A stretch of DNA of 64,000 nt from Schmidtea nova (Eukaryota). The translations under genes and the position numbers were made by a program. The stretch's first letter is position 1; each line of letters begins with the position of its first letter. The stretch lies in assembly GCA_044892505.1 (NCBI GenBank), contig CM097882.1:255874001-255938000 (forward strand), read 5' to 3'. The notes beneath the pieces are model-generated. The model was not told where the DNA came from, did no database searches, and saw only the letters and a program-made list of their open reading frames with translations. Positions 53,700 to 64,000 of this stretch are shown here, in pieces.

Positions 53700-55030
53700 T
53701 ATAGAGAAGAATTTTGAAGGACTTAGTAAAACGTATTACTTATTGATTTATTGAGTTCAAGGTAGAAGCAGCGAATCCAAGGATCATTCGAATAGTAACA
53801 GAGGAAAATCTTAATGAGTAAAATAACCAAATCAAAGCCAGTGAACAACCAGATAAATTTGCCAATTGTTGAATTTAAGTCAGTAGTGAGTAATCATTAA
53901 ATTTTGGGTATTATAGATTTGTGCTATTATTGGCGAAGTGTCGTAATAAGAACTGTATAATAACCTGTCGTGGTATTAAATTGGTCGTTTCATTGTAATT
54001 TGTGTAGCTATCTGTGATAATAATTAAGGTTAATATTGCCTGAAAATTGCAATTTAGTGGGTCAAATAAAGCACGCTTGAAGTCAGAGAATTGATTGGTA
54101 AATTTTTATTTCACCAATAACCCAACATATTTTGGTGAGTCCAGTGTGATCAAAGGTTGATGGAAAATTATTGAATAAAAATATTTGTGCTTTATTTCGG
54201 TGTAATTAAAATTGGAAAAATGTATTGAAAAGAAATTCGTGGAAACCTTTTGTAATAGAGTGAAAATATTAAAGCTAATTGTGGAAAGGTAAAATATTGA
54301 TTGTATTAATAATTTTGAAATTTAGATTTTGTGCAATTGAGAAAATAATTTATTAAAGTGAATCGATATAATTTCCGAAAGCAGAGTGAAAAAGAATCCA
54401 TAATGAATAGTGAAAATTTGCCAGTTTTTATTGATAAAGAAAATAATAATTTCGCCAGTTATCAAAGATTACCAGTAGAACAATATGAAGGTGATCCAAT
54501 AAATTTTGTTGATTTAATGGCCGATTATAATATGTGTAAAGGTTCAATTTTTATTTTTATTTTACTTTGTTGTTTGTTGTTGGCATTTGATGGTCTCACC
54601 CTTTTTATTTTTGGTAAAATTCTAAATTAAATAATGCTAAAAGAAAATAAAAATTTCAAATTGAAATATTGAAAAATTAATTCCTATAGTAATAAACCAC
54701 TATAGGAATTAGAAATAAAAAATTGATTGAAAACAAAAACCTAAAGGAGATACAATTTTTAAGAATTTATGGACAATAATTTAATCTATTAATTTGTATT
54801 TGAACTTTCTTGAGTATTGTACACAACAAGCACCCGAATCCGCCCCGATACAATTTTAAGGAGACTCGTTCTATAGTTGTTCAAAATCTAAATGAAACAG
54901 TGAGCGAGTTGACATATCATTTGTCGACTCTTGCAAGCAAATCATTTGAAGAAGATTCAAAACAACCAGGTTAAGCCTAGCAAATGCAAGAACTAGTTCA
55001 AAACCAATTTTATTTTAGGAATAAACAAAG
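53700..55030 (+). mobile_element. Truncated Gypsy relic: LTR end at 54127, degenerate tRNA-Trp-like PBS at 54133-54151, gag fragment from 54358
   Basis: ...AATAACCCAACA end, TGGTGAGTCCAGTGTGATC, and gag-like YEGDPINFVDLMADY. The 5' LTR boundary was not located. Confidence 0.5.
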
Positions 55031-57287
55031 AGATAAAACCATATTTTTAATCGTGGAATTATAGTAAATTTGCAGGTAATATAATATAATAATATTGTTT
55101 CGGCTGATGTGTGCATCATTAGTTTTATATGCGTCTGTGTGCGCATTGTCTGTTGGACAGTTTCATGACTGTGTGCGCGTTGATATTTTTGTTTATTATG
55201 TCTCGCGTCCGTGTGCGCGATTTGTGACAATTAAGTCCTTAGGTATTTGTATCGCGTCCATGTGCGCATGTATATATTTGTTGCCTTATTGTCATCAGTG
55301 TGCGTTTTTGTGGTAAATTGATTTTGTTGGATTTTCAATTCGGGATTGAGAAAAAAATCGTGGAGTTTAAAATTTGGTTGTTTTATCGAGTCTTGGGTTT
55401 TAGGTAATTTTCAAATTTTGATTAGTGGGAAGGAGTGATTTTTTTGGCAATTGAAATTTTGACAGATTTTTTAATTTGGATATATATTCAAATTCTGCTG
55501 TGATTGATTCGAATTTTTTCGAATGACTTCAAGCTTGATCTTATTACATATTAATCATGTTGGCAACGTTCTCACACAAGAAGACTCTAATTCGATAGTT
55601 GAGATTCAAACTGAAGACGATGCTTTGGAAACGAAAGAGTGTATTTCTATAGATTGGAAATAATATTATGTCCCCAAGAGATATCAATCCTACTTTTCAA
55701 TTTAAGAAAGTTTATTGTGATTCAAGGTCAATTTTAAAATCGAGAAATCAAACATCTGATGTACGTCAACAATCCAATGCTTCTTTTGATGATTACAAGT
55801 TAAAAAGTGATATCTCCGACAGTATATTTGCTGAGACAATAAAGAATTTCATTGATGCTTCTTTTGATCGTTACAAAAATGCAGTATGTTGGCTGATGAA
55901 ATAAAAGGTTTATTAAAAATGGTCTTGGCTCGATTCAAATATAATAATATAATAATTGATTTAGTTTATTTGTAATAATATTTCCACTTTACGTATTTAA
56001 ACGCATTTCAATGTACATTAAAACAAACGAAGTTACAAAAGAGTTACTTATATATAGCTCCCCGGAAAAAGTGCGGAGCATGTGGAAATCATTGTCTGAA
56101 ACGAACACACTTTTTATTTACAGGTGTGTATAGATTTGCGACAATTTTGAGGAGATATAGAAAAAAAAGAAAAAAAAGGTTTATTGTAGATTTTTTATAA
56201 GTGTTTTTAGGTTATTTTTTGGTGCGTATCAACCGTGCGTATCAATTCAATTGTCCTATAGTTCTTTCACGTATCCAATATGCGAAAGATGTCTTTTTGG
56301 ATCTTGTATTTGATGAAGGTTTGTCATGTTGGCTGTTTTTTAGAATCCAATTTTTGTTTGATTGTTTGTTCTTTAAGTCTTGAGTTTCAATTGATGTGGT
56401 TGGTTTGTATGTTTGTTCGGTGTTGTTCGGTATTGTTGTATTTGTCTCAAAATCATTCGTTTGATTTTGATTTTGGATGTTGTGTTGGTGAATGTAGCCG
56501 TCATTTAGACTTGTACTAAAATATTGATTACCACGAAATCGTTGTTTCTTTCTATGCCGTGTTCGACTTTATGGTCTTGTGAATTTGTTAGTTCGATGAA
56601 ACCTAATGCTGGTTTTAATCGACTTAAGTTTATTGTCTGATTTTGTGCATGATTATCAATGATCTTTAAAAGTTTGTGTGGGCCTATGTATTTCGGTTTT
56701 AAACCAGAATCAGATGTTGTTCTGATCCAAACTTGAGTTGCTTTTACAAAGCTTCTTGGAATATAAGGTTTGTATGTGGTACTTGTTGTGAATTGAGGGT
56801 CTGAGTTGATAGTGAGAAAGTGTGCTCTTGCTGTCTCGAGTTCCTCTAAAGTTAGACTGTTTCCAAAATCTATGATCTCGGAAGGTAATGAAGTTTGTGT
56901 TACAAGTAGAAGTTGAGAAGGAGTTGATCCTGTAGTTGTAGATAGAGTGTTTCTCCATCCCATTAAAATGAAAGATAATGACTTGGTCAAACCTTTTGAG
57001 ATAGAAAGTATTCTCAGAGAGGTTTTCAAAGTCCTGTGAAATCATTCTAATAGACCATTTGTCTGTGGGTGGTATGCTGTAGAGATTAAATGTTTGATTA
57101 CTAATCTTTCAGTGAGATGCTTGAAGATTTGGGATTCAAATTGTGCTCCGCGATTTGTTATGATGTTCCTAGGAACGCCGTAAAGTGAAATCCAATCTTG
57201 GACGAATTTGGTTGCTTCATTTTTGGCTGTAATTGTTTTTAATGCGATTGCTTCGAACCAGCGTGTTTTCTGCCAATCATAGTCAGT

Positions 57288-58939
57288 GGTCGTGCCCGCT
57301 TACTAAAAATATTTTTAAAATTAATTAAATAATAATTAAAATAATTAATTGGGTGCTTGATCGCTGTGAGAGATTGTGGAGCGAACCTGGAAGCCGTAAA
57401 AACGGACTTATCGAAATCTATATAAATCTTATATGCTGAGAATTAATTAATGCATAAGTTCAGATGGAATTGTCTAAAAACCTGTCATTATTTGCGAATG
57501 ATTTCATAGAAAATTCGTTGTAACAGTTTTGCCTTTTATCGATTATATTCTTCGAATCTGAGTCGTCAAGATTTTAATTGGATGATTTATCTTTTAATAT
57601 TCGAATATGAATTTATTGATTGAGAATTTATGTGGATTTGCAATCGATTCAAGAGAATATCCAACAAAAATGATAAAAGGCTTCCGGCCGTTGATTCACA
57701 AACCGATGAAGCAGAAATCATCCATTTTCAAAACAAAAATGTTTTTAAAAAAATTAAATTATGGTATCAGAATGTTGTCGTTAATTCGTCTTCAAATTTC
57801 TGTTACAACTGGATGGGACGATGAAATTGATGTTGATGTAAACGAAGAAGATATTGAATGAGCAAAGAAAATTTCCGAGTCTGATGTTCTGGATACAAAA
57901 TGGGATGATTGGTCATAACCTTGAAAGAACAAAAATTATGCGTATTTTTATTCTAATTAACTAAAAATGCACGTTATTGAATTAATTTTCTATTCATGGA
58001 AGAGGTCTATTTAAATTTAATTGATAATTATTCAGAAAAGTGAATTTATTAATTATTTTCATATATTCACAGATTAATGTAAATGTTTAATTTTATTGCT
58101 GAAGGATTAATGGATTTGTTTATCTGTGTTAATTAATTTAATTGTGGCAGATTTAACTTTAATTTTAAAATAATTGCTGAGGATTTTTAATTTAGTTTCG
58201 GTTTCATGGAATGAATTTTTGGGAAGAATTGTTGTTTTGGGATTAATGAAATTTATGAATTGGATTTAAAATTTGATGAATTAACTTTGTTATAAACTTT
58301 GGAATTTTTGCTTTCGTTTTGGTATCCTTTAGGAAGAAAAATATTGAAACTTTTGAATTTAAATTGTGATTTAATTGTAATTAACTTGGGTTAAATTTTG
58401 GAATTTGGTTGGAATTTATTATTTTCGGAATATTCAATTTTAATAAATGTCTTCGAGTTCGAGAGTTTTTGATCCTCATACGACTATTTTTTCACCCGAA
58501 GGTAGATTATTTCAAGTCGACTTGGCATTTAAAGCGATTGCGTTGGATTGATTACTTTCTGTTGATGTTCGAGATAATGATTGTGACGTAGTTGCTACAC
58601 AAAGAGGTTCCAGGTAAAATGAACAAAAAGAATTCAGCTACAAGATTATTTAACATTACTGATTGTACCGGTTGCGTTAAGACCGTAATGATTCCTGATT
58701 GCGGATCCCAAATATGCCGTGCACAACTGGAAATTGCACGATGTGAATGCAGCTATGATTATGAAATGTCCTGTGACAGGATTTGTCGATGTATAGCTGA
58801 TATTAATCAATTGTACACTCAATCAGCTGCAATGATGCCATTAGGCTGTTCAGTGGGAAAACAGCTGGAAGCTATAAGCTATGGAGGAAGGACGCTTCGT
58901 AAAAATAAAGAAAGCAATTGGAGCTGGACTCGCCGAACC
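57288..58939. mobile_element. 1652-bp insertion splitting the relic integrase, 7-bp TSD AGTCAGT, carrying gene fragments
   Basis: AGTCAGT at 57281-57287 and 58940-58946. The integrase reads ...HILT|MIGRKTRWFEA across the junction once the insert is removed. Confidence 0.7.
58447..58852 (+). pseudogene. PSMA6: Proteasome subunit alpha-6 (20S alpha1) N-terminal pseudogene fragment, intronless, with a stop and a frameshift
   Basis: [31 protein letters not shown]...RIADINQLYTQSAAMMPLGC-like sequence versus PSMA6 [24 protein letters not shown]...IADISQVYTQNAEMRPLGC. Confidence 0.88.
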
Positions 58940-61900
58940 AGTCAGTATGTGAATATATCCGTAATCCATTGGTAATGGGCCTACTAGGTCAATGTGTACA
59001 ACATCAAATCGATTTCCAGTATGAAAATTCATTATTGGTGGTTTAGTGTTTTTGCTTATTTTGTTTTGTTGACAAAACAAACATTGTGATACCCAATCTT
59101 TTATATCTTTTTTCATGAAAAGCCATACAACCCTGGTTCGCAAGAATTCGTATGTTGATGAAGAACCTGGGTGGTGTAAGTCGTGGATTGCTGAAAAAGC
59201 TGGTTTACGTAATGGGACTGCGAGTACAAGTCTCATGCAGCCTGGGATTGAAATGTCATAGTCGACGTCATCGAGATTGAGGTGCCCAGATGAGAAAACA
59301 GATATATCTTCTTCTTTTGGCTTGTGTCTCTTGAGTTCGTCTACTGAAATGAATGGCTGGTGAGTTGTTGCGCAGGAACTTTTAGAAAGACAATCTGCAA
59401 CAATGTTTTCTCTGCCAGCTATATATGTGATTGTGCAACTGTATTCAGTAATATATGAGATTTGTCTCTGTTGTCGAAGAGATGGGTCTCTCATAGTTAT
59501 GACATGTACCAAATATTTATGGTCTGTGAATATAGTAAAGTTTCGTCCTTCAAAAATATGGGGGAAATGTTTAATGGAAAGGTAAACTGCTAAGAGTTCG
59601 TGGTCGAAAGTTGAGTATTTCTGTTGTGCCGCGTTCAGTTTTTGTTAATGGAATTCTAAAGGTTCGGGAGTTCCTTGATTGATTTGGTGCAAAACAGCTC
59701 CAATTGTTTTGTTCGAAGCGTCCGTCGTCAAGATGATCGGAAGATCTGGTTTTATGTATGCCAGTGTTTGTATTTTTATTATTGACTTTTTAGCTATATT
59801 AAAAGAGTGTAGAGCTTCGTTGCTCCATTTAAATAGTTCATTTATCTTTCCATTCGACAAATTTGTCATTGGTGCTAAGATTTCTGAGATTTTAGGTATG
59901 AATTTGTGGCAGTAATTTATTGTACCAAAAAAATTTTGGAGTTGTGTCACCGCTATTGGTAGTTCAAAATTTTTGATGCAATCTAGTCTTTCTTGAAAAG
60001 GTCTAATCCCATCACTTCTAATGATATGTCTTAAAAACGGGCTTCTTCTTGAAAGAACTAACATTTTTATGGTTCATTTGTAAGTTATTGGAATGTAGTG
60101 CGTTAAAGACTAAATTAAGATGCTTTTCGGATTCGGTGGTATTTTTGGACCCTATTAAGGTATCCTTTACGTATGCGACCACAAAGTTGAATTTTCCAAG
60201 TATGTTGTCAATGTGTCTCTGGAAGGTTTGTGCTACGTTCCTTAGTCCGAAAGGCATGTAGAGATATTCGTATAATCCTATTGGTGTAATTACTGCTGTT
60301 TTGCATATATCCGTGGGATTCATTGGGATTTGATGATACGCTTTCTGTAAGTCAATGGTTGAAAAGACTTTGGCATTCGTTAAACGGCGTAAAACTTCAT
60401 TTATTTATGGCATTGGATAAGAATCTTGAACGGTTACATTGTTGAGTCCCCTGTAGTCGCCACATTGTCAGTAGGTACCATCTTTCTTGAGTACTAGATG
60501 TATTGGTGATGCCCATGGTGACTGAGATTTTCTGACAATTCCATTTTCCTCTAGTTTCGAAAGTTCTTTCCGAACATATTTCAATTTTTCATTGGTGAGA
60601 GGACGTACCTTTTCGCAAAGTGACAATGTTGGAGTTGTGACTATTAAATGTTGGTACAATCCAGTGTTATTTACGGAATTATTCGTCTTAATATTTATGT
60701 TATTGTAACGTTCTAGGAGAGTTTGTATATATGGGTGTGTATTTCTGTTTAAAAGTGATTGATTTTCCGTTATTGCTTTGACGGTCTGACTGTTTGATTT
60801 AAAAATTTTCTGGTTCTTGCAATCGACTAAAAGATTTCTTGTACCTAAGAAATCGGAACCAAATATTGGACAAGTGACATTCGCAATATGGAATGTCCAT
60901 TCAAATAAGTCAGGCATTTTGTCTATACAAAATGTAATGTGTTTGGTTCCAGTAGTATATACTGGTGAACTATAAGCTGCGCTCATTTGAACTTTTGTGT
61001 TTTTGTCTGGGCTGAAAATGTTAGGTAGTAAGGATACGCTTGAATCAGTATCTATAAGGAAATTTAATAGATTTTGATTTGAAGAAAGGTTATTGAAAAA
61101 GGAAGAAAAAACAGGAAGTTGGAATGAAGAAGAAATAGAGGAAATTTGGTTGCCGTCGACTTCTGTCGCTTGAAGTAAGGGCACTACAAGTTTTTTGATT
61201 GCTCTTTTTCGAATTGTTTGGAGTTACTGGTTGAATACTTTTGAATACGACATTTTCTTGCTTGAATTTTTTATCGGGCATGATAAATACAAACATCAAG
61301 TGTTTTGCATGTCGGTAGTTTATTTTGCCTTTCGCAACCTATATTACAAACTCTTGCGTCTTTTCTAAACTTTTGGTGAAAACGACAAAGTCGTTTATTT
61401 CTGTTGAACGAGTTGCTTCGGCTGGAACTGTTGTAGTTGATTCGTGTATCTTTTCTACTGTGCCTATCTATTTGTAGATTGTCCAATTTCTGAGATAATT
61501 TCTAGATGGCGTTTACTATTAAGTTTTCATTAGTAATTTCGGTTCTTTTACTAATCGCGTTGACGGTTGGGTTAATGGTTTGCGTTATGTCAGCGATTCT
61601 ATTATTTACTATAATCCCACTTCTGATACCCTTTTAATCGTGGAATTATAGTAAATTGGATAATTGCCCATTTTGATTTATTATCGGCCGAACTCTAAAT
61701 CATCCCCGACGGTTCGTCGGGCTTCTTATTTTCATAAAATTTCTACAACAAATTAATTTAGTAAAGATTTAGCTTATTCTTTTATTTCTGGTTCTTGAAT
61801 AATTTGCTTCGAGTAATAAAAGTTTTTTGTTGACTAGACCAGGCCCCCATGCATTTCGAGTTTTCTTTTATCTCAGGGTTTTCATACACTCAATTAGTCT

Positions 61901-64000
61901 GGAGTAATCAAATCAATTTGTTGACAACTCGGGTTTTCCAATGGTTTGTGTTTTCCATTAAGTAATTAATTTTTTCAATTAATTTGTATTTTCTTAATAT
62001 TTATTTCGGAGGACATCCATAATTTTAAGTTATTATATTTGAATTTGTCACATTATTTAGCATCAGTCCATGCCAGTTTCCCCAGCAAAATATTAATTTT
62101 TAATTTTCCAAATTTTAATTAGTTTTTGTACTTATTATTAATTTTTAAATTTTCATGTTTTTATTGATTTGCACTTAGTTTTGGTGCCTTTTACTTTCTT
62201 ACTATACTTATGAATTATGATTATTCAATAGCATCAAACCCAAAAAAACAACCAATACAAAATTAAATATACCAAAGATTTTCTCTAAATCTTAGGGGAA
62301 AACTTAGGAGGAATTGTACTTCCCTCATCCTAAATTGTAAATGAAAACTACACCGAGATAACATCAAAAAGCTTCAGTTTCGGAGTCTACGAATTCATTT
62401 AATTTTTAGACCACGATAGGAATTATCACGGATTTATCCAATGATGACAATCGTTCGAGAATTTTTAACTTTAAAGAAAATGTCATCCATTAACCGAACG
62501 TAATAGAATCGTTCCCACTGGCTGTTAGAAGTCTAGGATTTAATTACCTATTGCTTAATCGCCATAGAAAAAAAGGCAAAATTGAAAGATCAATTTTTGT
62601 CCTAACCAGAATAAAAATGAATCCATCCAAAGTGTGGACATTCATATCATTTCAGAACCTGAAATGGGAAGGTGGGAGCATAATTTGGTGAAATAATCTG
62701 CCAGGAGCTCATCAATATATTCTACATTAAACATAAAATATCAAATTAATTTAATCACATATAATAATGGAATTAATTAAAAATTTATTGATGATAAAAT
62801 TCATTCATTATGGGATCATAGAGTCTTATTGCATAATAACTTGTATAGAGCCAGCTAGGCATCCGAGAGATTGTACAGATGACGTTAAAAATAACAAGGA
62901 TTCTAGTAAAAACTTTATTTTAGAAAACTCTTGGAAATTTCTTCGCCAAATTTTAGCGGGGTTCAAGATGAACGGACCACTTAAAACAAAGGGAAAATGT
63001 ATAATTGTTCGGAAAATTAGGCTGTAGAAATAGCCAAATCGTTGTAGAAATTTAAAATAACATAGGATTCCTTTTTATTTTTCGAAAAGATATAAATTTA
63101 GTAGTTTATAATTTATATTTAACCATCGAGTACCGAAACCTCGAAAATGGGATCGGGAACCGGTGCGGGTACAAACGTAGCACAAATTCAAATTGAACTT
63201 AAAGTTAATATAATAGTAAAATAATTTAGATATTCATTTTGGAGCATGATCTATGCGTTTTAAAATCATAAAATATAGTGATTTCTTATTTATATTTGAA
63301 ATTTATAGAATAATTAATTTGCAGATTTTACTAAGAATTTATGGAATTGGAAATTTATAATGGAAGCTTATGTACTTTTCATTAATTCTGTCCAAATGCT
63401 TGATATTGAAATCACATTAACTAACTAAATCCATTTTTTCCTAATTCAGAAATAAAAGTTACTTTCCCTCTCCCGTTTGATGTAGTTGCATAAGGATATT
63501 ATGTATTTGTATGCATCATGAATATGTGATAGTTCCTTTTAATAAAATGTTCATGCATCTTTAATGTTAATGGTTATATAATGACTTATTTATACCAAGT
63601 CATAGTAAATTGTGAAATGGTATAAGTGGTGGGTTATTGGTTATTCGCGAAAATTTACTACTTCCAATAACCTCGCATATAAACATTGAAAACCATCTTT
63701 TTGCCCGCAACAGTGTAACGTTGTTACTACAACAAATGGGTGGACATTCGCAAAAGGTGAGTGTCGAATGAATCGAAACTAATTGATCGAATGTCACTTG
63801 TGGATTCAATCGCGACCGATAGAAGATATTGTGACCATTTTTGTCTCAACTACTGATTTATCAGCTAAATTCACTTTAAATCGTTAAATAATTAAAAGAA
63901 TATTAATTCATAAAACCATTACAATCAAGCATTCATTTTGTACGACTCAATTCGTAAGGCTTATTCGGGTAACAGAAACATTCATTAAATAAAGGGGAAT

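Larger units (their letters stand above)
55045..61660 (-). mobile_element. Decayed Ty3/Gypsy element (gag-PR-RT-RH-IN with stops and frameshifts)
   Basis: Minus-strand fragments FLIDTD (PR), WASPIHLVLKKDG and YLYMPFGLRN (RT), TDASNKTIGAVL (RH), HDLHHPG...C..C and HIDLVGPLP (IN). tRNA-Leu-like PBS GGTATCAGAAGTGGGATT near 61613-61630; the 26-bp LTR edge is shared between 55045 and 61632. Confidence 0.85.

Noticed and set aside
55500-55904. Coding-like fragment (SPRDINPTFQFKKVYCDS...)
   Set aside because: Interrupted by stops and no family recognised; cannot tell a captured exon from a decayed element.
36949-58939. The hAT-like element (36949-38600) and the PSMA6-bearing insertion (57288-58939) are both 1652 bp
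   Set aside because: No sequence similarity, and the first includes a secondary LTR insertion; coincidence.

Overview
Eukaryotic, very AT-rich genomic DNA with short introns and N-masked stretches. The host is probably a planarian or other flatworm (inference). The window is dominated by one apparently intact, very young giant Ty3/Gypsy LTR retroelement at 3005-31232 (28.2 kb). It has 3245-bp LTRs that look identical, a GCTG target-site duplication and a tRNA-Pro-like PBS, and resembles the Burro-type giant elements known from Schmidtea. It is built like a complex virus. Its 4589-aa polyprotein reads ubiquitin-like domains, AT-hook, Bcl-2-like fold, signal peptide plus chuvirus-like (class III) envelope glycoprotein plus TM, PR, RT, RNase H, IN, ankyrin repeats, then a second signal peptide with FN3-like repeats and a TM. 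Separate accessory genes encode an IAP-type RING protein, a full TRAF (RING-ZnF-coiled coil-MATH), coiled-coil and TM proteins, and two proteins inside the LTR itself. Every accessory ATG sits just behind a YAG splice acceptor, and the 3' spacers carry repeated TGTAAATA motifs. A recurring I-x-hydrophobic/hydrophobic motif marks domain borders and may be the protease cleavage code. A diverged solo LTR of a sister family (36594-41082) keeps a homologue of one LTR protein and the same leader-exon layout. The rest of the window holds a Rab9-like host gene, nested MITEs and solo LTRs, a Polinton capsid relic, two decayed Gypsy elements, and an insertion carrying a proteasome alpha-6 pseudogene fragment. 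All domain calls come from motif recognition by eye and need HMM or structure confirmation.
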